A DNA stretch of 42,351 nt from Octopus bimaculoides. Its lineage: Eukaryota. Made by a program: the position numbers and the translations under genes. Numbering within the stretch: position 1 is the first letter of the stretch; each line of letters begins with the position of its first letter. The stretch lies in contig NC_068983.1 of NCBI RefSeq assembly GCF_001194135.2, positions 152,814,271 to 152,856,621 of the forward strand, written 5' to 3'. The notes beneath the pieces are model-generated. The model had not been told where the DNA came from. It was given only the letters and a program-made list of their open reading frames with translations, and searched no databases. Below, piece by piece: positions 1 through 11,470 of the stretch.

Positions 1-65
1 GTTTTCACAAGTCCCTCTTTTGTTTGGAGCTGTAGCACTGTCTGCCATTTGTTCATTGAGTGCTC

Positions 66-159
<94 letters not shown>
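66..159. repeat. (TAT)n/(TAA)n microsatellite forming the 3' tail/target array of an R4/Dong element
   Basis: Pure trinucleotide run directly abutting the 3' UTR of the minus-strand element at 160-1235. Confidence 0.95.
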
Positions 160-1235
160 TTCTCTTCGTAACGCAGTGTAGCTAAAAAAGCACAGGAGTT
201 TTCGGTCATCTGTCAAGTTACAACAAGGATCTCATACACATACATTCCTTAAGATGTACGTCGTGCGCAATAAGGCTGCTTTTTGCAAGACATCAATATT
301 GCATGTGATTTCTCGTTGCCTGAAGAAGTCTTGAAGTTTCAATGAGATAGAGCCCAGCGCTCTAATCTCCTCTGGTATCACTTTTACATTACCCTCTCGT
401 ATTCCATACAATCTTACCATTTCTAATTTTTTCAAATGAGAGTACTTGGTGATTTTTTCAACCTCTTTATTCACAACATTCATGTTATTTGGTATAGCTG
501 CATCAATGATCTGACAGCATTTCTTTCTCTTATTTATTCAATATGACAATAACCGGCCGACGCTGTTCGATTACACGATCTGTCTGAAAATCATAGTCCC
601 AGATTATTGTTCTTTTCAATCCCTCTGCATAACTTTACTTGGTACATTTTCATACCAGATCTATGGTATTTACGGCATAAGAGCCAATGAGGATACACAC
701 ACGCTTTATCGTGGCAGTGCTTGTAATCTTTTTGTGCAAGGCTTTCACATCCACTTACTAAGTGGCTCACATTTTCCGCACTCTTTCCACAGAGTCTGCA
801 TTTCTGGGTGTCAGGAGTTTTATAGATGTTATGCTTCAGTGAATTAATAGCGAGAACCTGGTCCTGTGCAGCAATGTTCAGGGTTTCGGGGGTACGCTTC
901 AAATATTTTCGCTCAAACCATGCCCACGATGCGGTATCATCCTTAACGTCTTGTGCATTCCAATCAAACTGTTCATGCATTCTCATTTTAAGAAAATCTT
1001 TTCTCTTCTCCTCAGCTCTTTGGTTAAACTCTTCCTTGCCCATCATTTCATCTGCATTTACACCCATATCTTTCGCGGTATATTGCATCAGGTCTCCATC
1101 ACTATTTATCAAATACTCGGCAAGCATCTCCTTTCACTTCTTACACAACGATCTCTACTAATTAGTCCTCTGTCACCATTCTTTTCATACACAGATGTTT
1201 ACTTCTTTTTTACAGTCTGTATACGTTTGCTCTAC
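160..1235 (-). mobile_element. R4/Dong-clade (RLE-type) non-LTR retrotransposon, 5'-truncated and decayed (copy 1)
   Basis: ORF 591-1127 has SWAWF..LK..ETL.IAAQDQ and the zinc knuckle CRLC...ENVSHLVSGC..LAQKDY..HD. Frameshifted WDYDFQTDRVIEQRRP(V)IV..IDAAIP leads into ORF 232-483 (EKITKY..L..LQKAALL.T.YILRNV), the restriction-like endonuclease C-terminus. A short 3' UTR and (TAA)n follow. Confidence 0.9.

Positions 1236-1303
<68 letters not shown>
1236..1303. repeat. (TAT)n microsatellite
   Basis: Pure run lying between R4 copy 1 and a second R4 3' remnant. Confidence 0.95.
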
Positions 1304-1307
<4 letters not shown>

Positions 1308-1420
1308 TGTTCATATACACTCAGCAGATTAGACTGGTTGAAAAGAAAAGAATCCCAGCATCGGGCGGGAACAAGTTGCCTTAGATGCCAAGAACCCTCC
1401 TAACAGGTTACAGCGAGTAA
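1304..1420 (-). mobile_element. Short 3'-end remnant of another R4/Dong-like element
   Basis: Minus strand reads GTT AGG AGG GTT CTT GGC ATC TAA (VRRVLGI*), like the R4 C-terminal (A)RILRRVL*. An approximately 85-nt UTR and (TAA)n follow. Confidence 0.55.
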
Positions 1421-1421
<1 letters not shown>

Positions 1422-1457
<36 letters not shown>

Positions 1458-1482
1458 GTTGTTGTTGTTGTTGTTGTTGTTG
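1422..1482. repeat. Compound (ATT)n(GTT)n microsatellite
   Basis: Directly visible. Confidence 0.95.
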
Positions 1483-2496
1483 TAATATCTCAATATAATA
1501 CATCTGCGATTAATAAAAGAGTTATTTCCCTTTGTGTGTTACCTCCATATTCTAACGCTTGTACTTTGCCGTGTAAATACTTGACGTAGTACTGAAACTA
1601 TTCATTTTTCACAGATCGTCTTTCGCATTAAACTTGTAGTTTCAACTATAATGACCATACAGTGTAGTTTAAGATTCTACCTCGGTATCACTAATGCCAG
1701 ATAAATTCTTGCTAGGACAATATGTAAAATATAGTTTTAAAGAAATCTTTCAAAGATAAAATGCTTGTAAAAAAGTTGTAGCTGCATTGATCAAACGTAA
1801 TTGAAGCAACATGATATCCAAGATATGCCGTCATTTTATTTTTCATTCTATTCCGCAAAAGCCAGTAAGTCTTTGAATGGCTAACAAGAATTAAAAAAAG
1901 AAATGTGGAAACCTCATTATAACCACGGAAAATAATAGTACACAATTTTAGTTATTTAATGGTATTATACAAAGCTTATCATTTAAACAGAATACTTCGA
2001 TATATGCTACGGAAAAAGAAAAGATAAGTTGTTCTGACCTTTATACATCGCCAGTTGAAGATATTCATTATTATATTTGTGAAACTGAATAGTTAAATCC
2101 AATTTAAAACTTTGAAAATAAGTAAACTATAACATGTTTCATGACTAAGACCACAGACTTTTAATACTGGGAAAAATAGTAAAAGATTTAGAGGCAGTCT
2201 CTCGTACTGACTTGGCGACATACTTTATTGCTTTCCAAAATACCGAGGAAAAAATCTATTTAATGAAGCTCATGTTCATATTACATTACTATTTGAAAAT
2301 ATCAGAGGCAAGAAAGTTATTGAACAGTGTACATATAATGCGTAGACGCAATCCCACAACGGTTAATCGTTCCTGTAATCACCACAAGGTAGACAGACGG
2401 GCTTTATTTAAACTGTTGTTGTTAAGAACCATTATTTTCCTGAAATTAGGAATCATTAAATAAATCAAATTCAGCATTTCTAACAAGATACAATCA

Positions 2497-2570
2497 TGAT
2501 GTGGCTGTGTATTAAGAAGTTTGCTTCCGAACCAGTTGGTTTCGGGTTCGCACCTACTTCGTGATCCTCT
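2497..2570 (+). mobile_element. Degenerate tRNA-like head of SINE family A
   Basis: GTGGCTGTGT..TAAGAAGTTTGCTT..AACCA..GGTT.CGGGTTC matches the heads at 3170-3228 and 5480-5543. Confidence 0.55.
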
Positions 2571-2731
2571 ACTATGGGCCCTTTTTGGTAGGTAAGTATA
2601 GGTTGTGTGAGTAGTAATGTTCTTTTGTGAGGGGAGCTGTAATAATCTTCATCTTTCACTTTGACAATGTCAGAGGTTCAAAGTTTAGTTCAGTCATTGG
2701 GTGCGTCAATTTTTTTGTAATGGAATTACAT

Positions 2732-2973
2732 TTACTCTTTTACTTATTTGTTTCAGTCATGTGACTGAGGTCATGCTGGAGCAGCGCGCTTTAATCGAGC
2801 AAATTGGCCCCAGGACTTCTTTGTAAGCCTAGTACTTATTTTATTGGTCTCTTTTTGCCGAACCGGTAAGTTACGAGAACGTAAACACACCAGCGTCGGT
2901 TGTCAACCGATGGTGGGGGGACAAACACGGACACACAAACAGACACATACACACACACACACACACATACACA

Positions 2974-3069
<96 letters not shown>

Positions 3070-3228
3070 CGACGGGCTTCTTTCCGTTTCCGTCTACCAA
3101 ATCCACTCACAAGGCATTCGTCGGCCTGAGGCTATAGTAGAAGACACTTGCCCAAAGTGCACACGCAGTGGGACTGAACCTGGAACCATGTGGTTAGTAA
3201 GCAAGCTACTTACCACACAGCCACTCCT
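2732..3228 (-). mobile_element. tRNA-derived SINE family A (CORE-like body, internal (TA)n/(TG)n, CR1-like tail)
   Basis: Minus-strand head AGGAGTGGCTGTGTGG (A-box-like) and GGTTCAGTCCC (B-box-like). The following CACTTTGGGCAAGTGTCTT resembles the MIR/CORE domain. Near-identical to 5069-5543 and partly to 27549-27796. Confidence 0.9.
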
Positions 3229-3329
3229 TATATATATTCTTTTAATATATGTAATAGAATTAAATAAATATATATATACATACAACATATGAGTATATGC
3301 ATATATATGTACATGTATGTATATCCGTT

Positions 3330-3665
3330 CATCTACATCTACACATAGATACATAACTAGGTACATGACGTGGCAAAAGAACAAGGACAACATGGTAAAC
3401 AAGGTGCAACAAACAAGCAGGCCACATAGAAACATCCCCTTCATCAGCTGCCACCATTAAAACTCCGGCGCTTCGAAGAATTAAGGCAGTAGGCATCGTT
3501 AAAATGGTTCTTCCCACGAACACATATTAAATTGTTTTCGTGGAGGGTAGTGGCAGACGGAAAGCAAGACAGGAAAACGAAACGGTGAAATAAACAAACA
3601 AAAAGGCTGTACAGCCAGACGTGAAGTGTGTATGTCTCGAACGCTGTGAAGCACGAACAGGAAGG
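3330..3665 (-). repeat. Interspersed repeat resembling a Penelope-like terminal repeat
   Basis: T-rich on the minus strand, with GCAGCTGATGAAGG and a CTGCC/GGCAG stem, and runs into a gap. Family assignment is from memory of similar cephalopod repeats. Confidence 0.35.
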
Positions 3666-4424
3666 NNNNNNNNNNNNNNNNNNNNNNNNNNNNNNNNNNN
3701 NNNNNNNNNNNNNNNNNNNNNNNNNNNNNNNNNNNNNNNNNNNNNNNNNNNNNNNNNNNNNNNNNNNNNNNNNNNNNNNNNNNNNNNNNNNNNNNNNNNN
3801 NNNNNNNNNNNNNNNNNNNNNNNNNNNNNNNNNNNNNNNNNNNNNNNNNNNNNNNNNNNNNNNNNNNNNNNNNNNNNNNNNNNNNNNNNNNNNNNNNNNN
3901 NNNNNNNNNNNNNNNNNNNNNNNNNNNNNNNNNNNNNNNNNNNNNNNNNNNNNNNNNNNNNNNNNNNNNNNNNNNNNNNNNNNNNNNNNNNNNNNNNNNN
4001 NNNNNNNNNNNNNNNNNNNNNNNNNNNNNNNNNNNNNNNNNNNNNNNNNNNNNNNNNNNNNNNNNNNNNNNNNNNNNNNNNNNNNNNNNNNNNNNNNNNN
4101 NNNNNNNNNNNNNNNNNNNNNNNNNNNNNNNNNNNNNNNNNNNNNNNNNNNNNNNNNNNNNNNNNNNNNNNNNNNNNNNNNNNNNNNNNNNNNNNNNNNN
4201 NNNNNNNNNNNNNNNNNNNNNNNNNNNNNNNNNNNNNNNNNNNNNNNNNNNNNNNNNNNNNNNNNNNNNNNNNNNNNNNNNNNNNNNNNNNNNNNNNNNN
4301 NNNNNNNNNNNNNNNNNNNNNNNNNNNNNNNNNNNNNNNNNNNNNNNNNNNNNNNNNNNNNNNNNNNNNNNNNNNNNNNNNNNNNNNNNNNNNNNNNNNN
4401 NNNNNNNNNNNNNNNNNNNNNNNN
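3666..4424. other. Assembly gap (other gaps: 5219-5228, 9182-9770, 17481-17810, 18359-18368, 19123-19334, 26782-27548, 29323-29854, 30282-30486)
   Basis: N runs, most flanked by (TA)n, (CA)n or (TATC)n. Confidence 0.99.
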
Positions 4425-4444
4425 ATATAGCGCCGCCTGGCTAA

Positions 4445-4511
4445 GGCTTGGCTACTCTGCATTGACAAGGGGCAACACCCTGAAACTAGTCTAGTCTGCA
4501 GATGCCAAGCC
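4445..4511 (+). ncRNA. Degenerate minimal type I hammerhead ribozyme motif (probably inactive copy)
   Basis: Stem I: GGCTTGGC(4445-52)/GCCAAGCC(4504-11) and TCTGCA(4456-61)/TGCAGA(4497-4502). Core TTGACAA deviates from CUGANGA. Stem II is GGGG-CAACA-CCCT, then GAAA-CTAG-TC, with a 5-nt TAGTC duplication at the cleavage site. Confidence 0.55.
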
Positions 4512-4720
4512 AGCAGGGGGACACTGCTGACCTCCCCTGTTCGAAGGTTATAAAGGACACAGGTTTCGTGTGTCACATAGCTAGCTAGAGGCGATGGCTT
4601 CTTGGAGCTAATTCACGGCAGCTTTCGTCCTAATTTTGGGACTGCCATGTTGGCTTGGCGATAACTATTAATTTCCAGTACCGCTGCCGTAGTCTCCTTT
4701 AGAGAGACTTAGAAATATTA
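4445..4720 (+). mobile_element. Hammerhead-headed non-autonomous repeat module (copy 1)
   Basis: Collinear blocks shared with 26433-26703: GCTACTCT, CTGAAACTAGTC, AAGGACACAG, TGTGT(C/T)ACATAGC, TGGAGCTAA, GGGACTGC, GAGAGA(C/T)TTAGAAAT. A microsatellite follows. Confidence 0.75.
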
Positions 4721-5068
4721 ATAACTCTATATATATATATAAATTTCCTTATACGATAGAATCATTGCATACAAGTAGTAAAGACATGCACAACGTATAA
4801 GGGCAAACACGAACTTCCTAAAGTAAACACAGATTTGTCCCTCCAGTTATGCTCACAATCACAAGTATTGACCGAATCACGTAATGAATGCTAAGTCATA
4901 CTGTAGTTCGCCTATACCGCGTATTCCACAGTCGACTATATGCTCCGGAACTAACGCAGGGAAGTATAAAAAAAAACAGATGGGTTGAGGTTCACTACAG
5001 CTTTTTCAAGTCGTGAGGGTCAACTTATACTACGTCTTATTCATGTGAAGGGTCCTAAGTGTCAAAAT

Positions 5069-5543
5069 TTACTCTTAATTCACTTACTCTTACTCTTTTT
5101 ACTCTTTTATTTGTTTCAGTCATTTGACTGCGGCCATGCTGGAGCACCGCCTTTAGTCGAGCAAATGGACCCCGGGACTTATTCTTTGTAAGCCTAGTAC
5201 TTATTCTATCGGTCTCTTNNNNNNNNNNACTTATTCTTTGTAAGCCTAGTACTTATTCTATCGGTCTCTTTGGCAGAACTGCTAAGTGACGGGGTCATAA
5301 ACACACCAGCATCGGTTGTCAAGCAATGCTACGGGGACAAACACAGACACACACACACATATACATACATATGTATACATATATACGACGTGCTTCTTTC
5401 AGTTTCCGTCTACCAAATCCACTCACAAGGTTTTGGTCGGCCCGACGCTATAGTAAAAGACACTTGCACAAGGTGCCACGCAGTGGGACTGAACCCGAAA
5501 CCATGTGGTTGCTAAGCAAACTACTTACCACACAGCCACTCCT
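5069..5543 (-). mobile_element. SINE family A, full-length copy (10-N gap inside)
   Basis: Same head, body and tail as 2732-3228, with a much shorter internal (CA)/(TA) tract. Confidence 0.9.
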
Positions 5544-6204
5544 GCGGCTGTAGAAATATATATATCTTTTTAACATCAGTACAGAACACGTCTGGAACAG
5601 ATGTAATGATCATCAAACTATCCGTATTATTGTACACACACAAACCAACAAATACACACACGCAGACACACACATGTACACACACTCACGCACACACACA
5701 TTGGGTCTTATTTACACCATTGACTAAATCAAAAGGAATTACAGTAAAAATGTATGTTCATTATTTTAAACAGACACCCTGGGAACATCTAAATCAAATT
5801 ATAGCTAGTCACAAAGATACTATCAGTCTTATATTTTTTAGGAACATTGAATTCCTTATATATTCAATATTGTTCGTCTAATACATAAAAAGAATACTAA
5901 TCGCAGTGGAATAGACATCACACACAATACAATATTGGTGAGTATAGCAGCAAAATCAAATGGAAAAGCTTTCTAAAATGAGCAAACGCAACAACATATT
6001 ACTGCATTTGCCGGCTTTAATCGATATCAGACAAAAATCCTGAGTCACCAAAAGAAATCACCCCGTCCTTAATTCCATTACCATTAAACCTACAAACCAA
6101 GCACAATTGGTGAATACCAGGGAAGTCATTCACAGCAACAACAACAAACGCTAGTGCTGAATGACAAGAAATACCCCTTTATAACAGTCCTAATCCGTCC
6201 ACTA

Positions 6205-6583
6205 TAGTGGAGGAGCAATAGCCCAGTGGTTAGGGCAACGGACTCGCGGTTTCGATTCCCAGACCGGGCGTTGTGATTGTGAGCGTTTATTGAGCGAAAA
6301 CACCTAAAGCTGCACGAGGCTCCGGCAGGTGATGGTGGCGAACCGTGCTGTACTCTTCCACCACAACTTTCGCTCACTCTTACTTCTTGTTTCTGTTGTG
6401 CCTGTAATTCAAAGGGGTCAGCCTTGTCACACTGTGTCACGCTGAAGATCCTCGAGAACTACGTTAAAGGTACACGTGTGTGTGGAGTGCTGAGCCACTT
6501 GCACGTTAATTTCACGAGCAGGCTGTTCCGTTGATCGGATCAACTGGAACCCTCGACGTCGTAAGCGACGGAGTGCCAACAAC
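6205..6583 (+). mobile_element. tRNA-derived SINE family B with (CAA)n tail and 11-bp target-site duplication
   Basis: Head GTGGAGGAGCAATAGCCCAGTGGTTAGGGC..GGTTTCGATTCCC (A/B-box-like), tail GCCAACAAC. TSD TCCGTCCACTA at 6194-6204 and 6584-6594. Confidence 0.9.
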
Positions 6584-9500
6584 TCCGTCCACTAATGAGG
6601 GTAGTTATGCGATAGAGGCCGAAATGGAAATAAGTATAATTTGATCTTAAATGAATTTAAGCTTGCTTAAGAAGGAATTATTTGTGAATATATTCCGAAC
6701 ATGATATTCACTTTGTGTGTCATTGCTTAACGTTTCGTGCATAACTTTTATACTGTTTTTTTTAGGTATACCGACGAATAAAGCACACGGTCAGAAAGTA
6801 TCTGACCGTAATTTTATGTGTCACTATATTAATCTATTGCCGAAGAGCAGAATACCTCTGGGACCTTATTTATCTTTGGTTTCCACAGAATAATGTGGGA
6901 TCATTGTGGTCAATCACTATCGAACAGAAGTAAATTTCCTAGAAGCTCTGCATTTTTCATTCCAGAGAAATAGTCTAATTAACATATTGAAATTGTGACC
7001 ACTCGAGAGACATATCAATCGTCTGCCATGGACCTGCATTTCCCACGTATGATATCATACGCCAGTACCATATATGTTCTATGTTTACAGAGTAAAATAA
7101 TTTTAAAGATTAAAAGAAATATCGTAAATCATTCAGTTCCATTAGCCCTCCTTGCTTTTTTTTTAACGTCAAAGAAAACATTTATTACTTTCTTCGAAAT
7201 ATTCTATTATACTTACACTGTTATACATTTCCAGAGAGATGAGTGGAAGAAAACAATCTATACTTGTCTAAACAGTCAGTTATTCTACTTTGTACCGTGT
7301 CTTATCATCCATGGAAGTCAAACAGGCAGTTTTTAAAAATGAAATTTTATCCAGAAATAAATCAAAAGAATTTACTTTACTTCATATCATTTAGGAAGAC
7401 TATCACAATTTTTTATATCAAATATTTGTGCGTTCAAATCTTGCCTCAGCTGAACTTGAGGAAATGAGCACTGTTACACTTCGTTTTGTACAAGTGAAAC
7501 CACTGCTATTTGGACTGCATAATTCAATTCTCAAAATTTCCACACATTGGACTGGACGAGATCACATAAATCAGTAGCGAAAGGTGAAGAACTGGTATGT
7601 TAATATATTACCAATTACATTGTCGCGTTTACAACGTATAACTGTTTTGGCTTCTCTAGTTATCTTCTCATTATATATAATATGCATTTTGAAAAGAGTA
7701 TACGGAAACTTTCTTATCCTTGCACATAGATATATGATTCTATAGAGTACGTAAAGATAAGGAATAGACAAGTGCAATAGAAAACCTGTAGTGTCTATGT
7801 ATCATCATTGCAGATCAATGAAACGCTGAATAATTGTGCAGAGTTTACACTGTTGATGGTAGTAAGCCGTATTATCTTGTGATAACTACCTACAGATTTG
7901 TGTACCAGGCTGGGTAAATTTAAGATTCTTAGCTATGGATACAATGCAGCAAGGTATGTTTATATATAATGCTACTATTCAACTAATTGTAAGACATATA
8001 TCGACCCATATTTGACAATTCACTGGATACAATATAAAGTGGATCTGGAAATTAAGAAGAGAAGCTGCGCAGATACTTTAGTTGACCAAATGTATTCATA
8101 CAATGACTATTAGATACTTTGTGAACATTCGGAGACTTCAGTATAAAACATCCAATATTTTAATACACGATTTCACAATTTCCTCCTTCTTTGGAACTAC
8201 TACTAACATGTCTATCCCTTGTGGGTTTTTTTTTTTTTAGTTAGTTTTGATAATTGCATCTCAAGTATACTATAGAATAACTGGCGTCCAGTATGCTAAG
8301 GAACTCGCACGTTCTACAGTGCTAATTACGGCAGACCTGCTAAATAATAATCTTGTTTACAGTTGACCTATATTGTTTTGTGAGACCTATTAGGCATCGT
8401 ATATCAGTGTATACAACAAAGAATATAAGAACCATATTGTCTAGACTAATAATACAGTAAGTTCAAATAGGTTGATATTATAAACGTCAATAAGACAAGC
8501 GTAGGCTGTGTGGACTTACAAAATCGCTAAAAGTAATAAAAAGCAGCAGGTGGCTTAAAATAAGACAAATAGCTAAAGAAATAAATTGTGACACAGGAAA
8601 TAGTACTCTTCCTCGCTTTCAATTAAGCAATAATTTAAAGCAACTCTAATACGCTCTGTGTATGAAACTGTTTTCTTTTATCTTTTACTGCCGTTCATGT
8701 TATTGTAGTTCTAGCAACATTCCCACTGGAAGCAAATATTTCAAATATTGAACATATAATCAGTTGAAGTGAAATAATCCAGTTCAAGTATTGAAGCACA
8801 AGTCCGGTGCTGAAATATAAAAATAATCACGGCTTCCAGATTTTCATTTCTTTAATGGAACTGCTGTTACATTCTTTCTTTCTTCAAAGAAAATCATTTC
8901 ACAGTTAATATCCAAACATACTTTTACACATGCACACATGCAATTAAACAGATTATAATATTCTCTCACCTCATTCTCGTCTGATGATTACCCAATAATT
9001 CTTTTGAACGCAAATCTATAGAATTACGTTCGTGCCTATTAATTTTTTTCCTACCGTCATAAACCAAAATCTTAAACTGAACAGCATTGATCTCACTTAT
9101 TTAGGAATGTATTCGAAAGTCGTGTGTACCTTGCTGCTTCTTTAAAATAAGGCAATATATATATATATATATATATATATANNNNNNNNNNNNNNNNNNN
9201 NNNNNNNNNNNNNNNNNNNNNNNNNNNNNNNNNNNNNNNNNNNNNNNNNNNNNNNNNNNNNNNNNNNNNNNNNNNNNNNNNNNNNNNNNNNNNNNNNNNN
9301 NNNNNNNNNNNNNNNNNNNNNNNNNNNNNNNNNNNNNNNNNNNNNNNNNNNNNNNNNNNNNNNNNNNNNNNNNNNNNNNNNNNNNNNNNNNNNNNNNNNN
9401 NNNNNNNNNNNNNNNNNNNNNNNNNNNNNNNNNNNNNNNNNNNNNNNNNNNNNNNNNNNNNNNNNNNNNNNNNNNNNNNNNNNNNNNNNNNNNNNNNNNN

Positions 9501-9795
9501 NNNNNNNNNNNNNNNNNNNNNNNNNNNNNNNNNNNNNNNNNNNNNNNNNNNNNNNNNNNNNNNNNNNNNNNNNNNNNNNNNNNNNNNNNNNNNNNNNNNN
9601 NNNNNNNNNNNNNNNNNNNNNNNNNNNNNNNNNNNNNNNNNNNNNNNNNNNNNNNNNNNNNNNNNNNNNNNNNNNNNNNNNNNNNNNNNNNNNNNNNNNN
9701 NNNNNNNNNNNNNNNNNNNNNNNNNNNNNNNNNNNNNNNNNNNNNNNNNNNNNNNNNNNNNNNNNNNNNNTATATATATATATATATATATATAT

Positions 9796-10150
9796 GTTGC
9801 TGTATTCAGACTCACTGCTCATATTTCTGGGTACGATGGAAAGTGTCAGCTGTCCACAGGTAGCAGATTGAAGTGATACTTGTTTTACTGGTCATGCTTC
9901 AAGTACCCTGCGACGAATTCTTGCAGTTCCAAGCAATGCTGATTTTTATAGCCGTTCTACCTTCACACTGACACCGATCTGTTTCAACCATGCTGGTAGT
10001 TGAGTGCTGATCCTTCCAAGTGTACCAATTACTATTGGTATCAGGTCTACTCTCTTCATAGACCATAACCTTCGTATTTCTCACTTTAAATCGTCATACA
10101 GGTTTATTTTTTCTTCTTCCTTCAATTTGATCCTGCTGTCACCGAGCTAC
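9796..10150 (-). mobile_element. R4/Dong-clade element, RLE C-terminus plus 3' UTR (copy 3)
   Basis: Frame not in the ORF track: GDSRIKLKEEEKINLYDDLK*EIRRLWSMKRVDLIPIVIGTLGRIS..WLKQIGVSVKVERL*KSALLGTARIRRRVLEA* (stop at 9892-9894). Confidence 0.9.
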
Positions 10151-10157
10151 TAGTATG

Positions 10158-11470
10158 ATTATTGTTATTATTATTTTATGTTTGACTTTTGCTTTACATT
10201 TGTACAAGTTGGCTCCAAGTCTTATCCAGAGACTTCAAAAGACAACATGTTAGAAGTTCATGTTGGTATTATGTCTAGGATGCCATATATTTAGTTTTGT
10301 ACATAGTGTTGTTTCAGAGAATGTTTAAGAAACCATAAGATTTTTTTTGTTTTAAAACTTGAGATTTCATAGAAAGTATTTTGCGTAGGATATGAGCCCT
10401 TTTCATGAGCGTTATAGTTTGAAATTCTGCCATTTTGGGATTTCCTGGTATCTGAGCCAGGTAGCAATCAGCCCCTTTTGCTATCATTCCCAGGGCACCT
10501 CTGGTAACAGGTGTTTTTTTGTCTTCAGGTTCCACATTTTGCTAATTTCTACTTCAAGATCTTTATACTTGCTGAGTTTTTGGTAGGTCTTAACAGATAT
10601 GTTTATATCGATTGGGACAGTCATATCAATGAGGAGGCATGATTTTTGTCTGAAGTCTTTCAATATGATGTCTGGCCTATTTGCATCTATCTGTCTGTCA
10701 GTTTGAATGGTGAAGTTCCAAAGGAGAGAGATGTGATCATTTTCAAGCACGGGAGGTGGTTTTTGTTCCCACCAGTTTTTTTTTTAATCGTGGGGCAAGT
10801 CCAGGTTTTTGTAAATTACCCAGTGAATATATTGTGCAGCTCTATCATGCCTGCTGAGATTCTTCGTAGGCGCAGGAAGACTGTACATGGAGACAATATG
10901 ATCAATAGCTTCATTTTGTTGTTGGCAAACACGACATATTGGGGAGCTGCCGTTCTTTAATATGTTGGCACGGTAGTTCTTTGTAGGTAGGCATTGATCT
11001 TGGGCTGCTATGATAATCCCTTCTGTTTCAGATTTTAAGTTAGAAGCCATTAGCCATTGATGGGTAAGGGCTTTGTCAACATCGGCATTATTCGCTCTCT
11101 TTGGGTATTTGCCTTTGAGAGATTTTTCTTGCCTTTTATCAGTCAGAATATCTAAGGCAGCAGTTTTAGCACGGGTTTTCATGCGCTTAGCTTGTTCTGC
11201 GCTTGTTTCTCGTATGTCTAATTCCGGATTTTATTGTATTTGGAATTCACTTAGATATTATTTGCTTGTTTTTTTACTAAGTATGATGCTTTCTTGTTTT
11301 CATGTTTTGGGACTAGCCTTAACATCCAGTCCTCAACGTTTTTCAGGTAGGTGAATATGCCAATTGTGGCAATCTCCATTGTTAATTCTAGTTGTAAAAG
11401 TCCACGGCTTCTCTCTTTTGTTAGCAGATAAAATCGTTCTATATCTACCTTAAGATGGTGCATTCATGAG
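10158..11470 (-). mobile_element. R4/Dong-clade element, 5'-truncated and frameshifted (copy 2)
   Basis: MHHLKVDIERFY..RGLLQLE, then ETEGIIIAAQDQCL.TKNY..CRVC..E.IDHIVS, then LWNFTIQTDRQIDANRPDII..LIDMTVP..KLSKYKDL (PD-D-K endonuclease core), then GALG..AHILRKIL. A 3' UTR and (TAA)-like tail lie at 10158-10177. Confidence 0.93.

Noticed and set aside
3430-3500. Hammerhead-like CTGCC..GGCAG-CTGATGA on the minus strand
   Set aside because: ATGT stands where the essential GAAA should follow stem II, so the catalytic core is incomplete.
5170-5270. Direct duplication of about 42 bp (ACTTATTCTTTGTAAGCC..GGTCTCTT) inside SINE A
   Set aside because: It straddles a 10-N gap, typical of an unmerged contig overlap (assembly artefact).
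7620-8100. GPCR-like fragments (hydrophobic stretch ending YGNFLIL; IDPYLTIHW resembling the DRY motif)
   Set aside because: Interrupted by stops, no consistent frame or TM spacing; compatible with chance in AT-rich DNA. Only an HMM search could rescue it.
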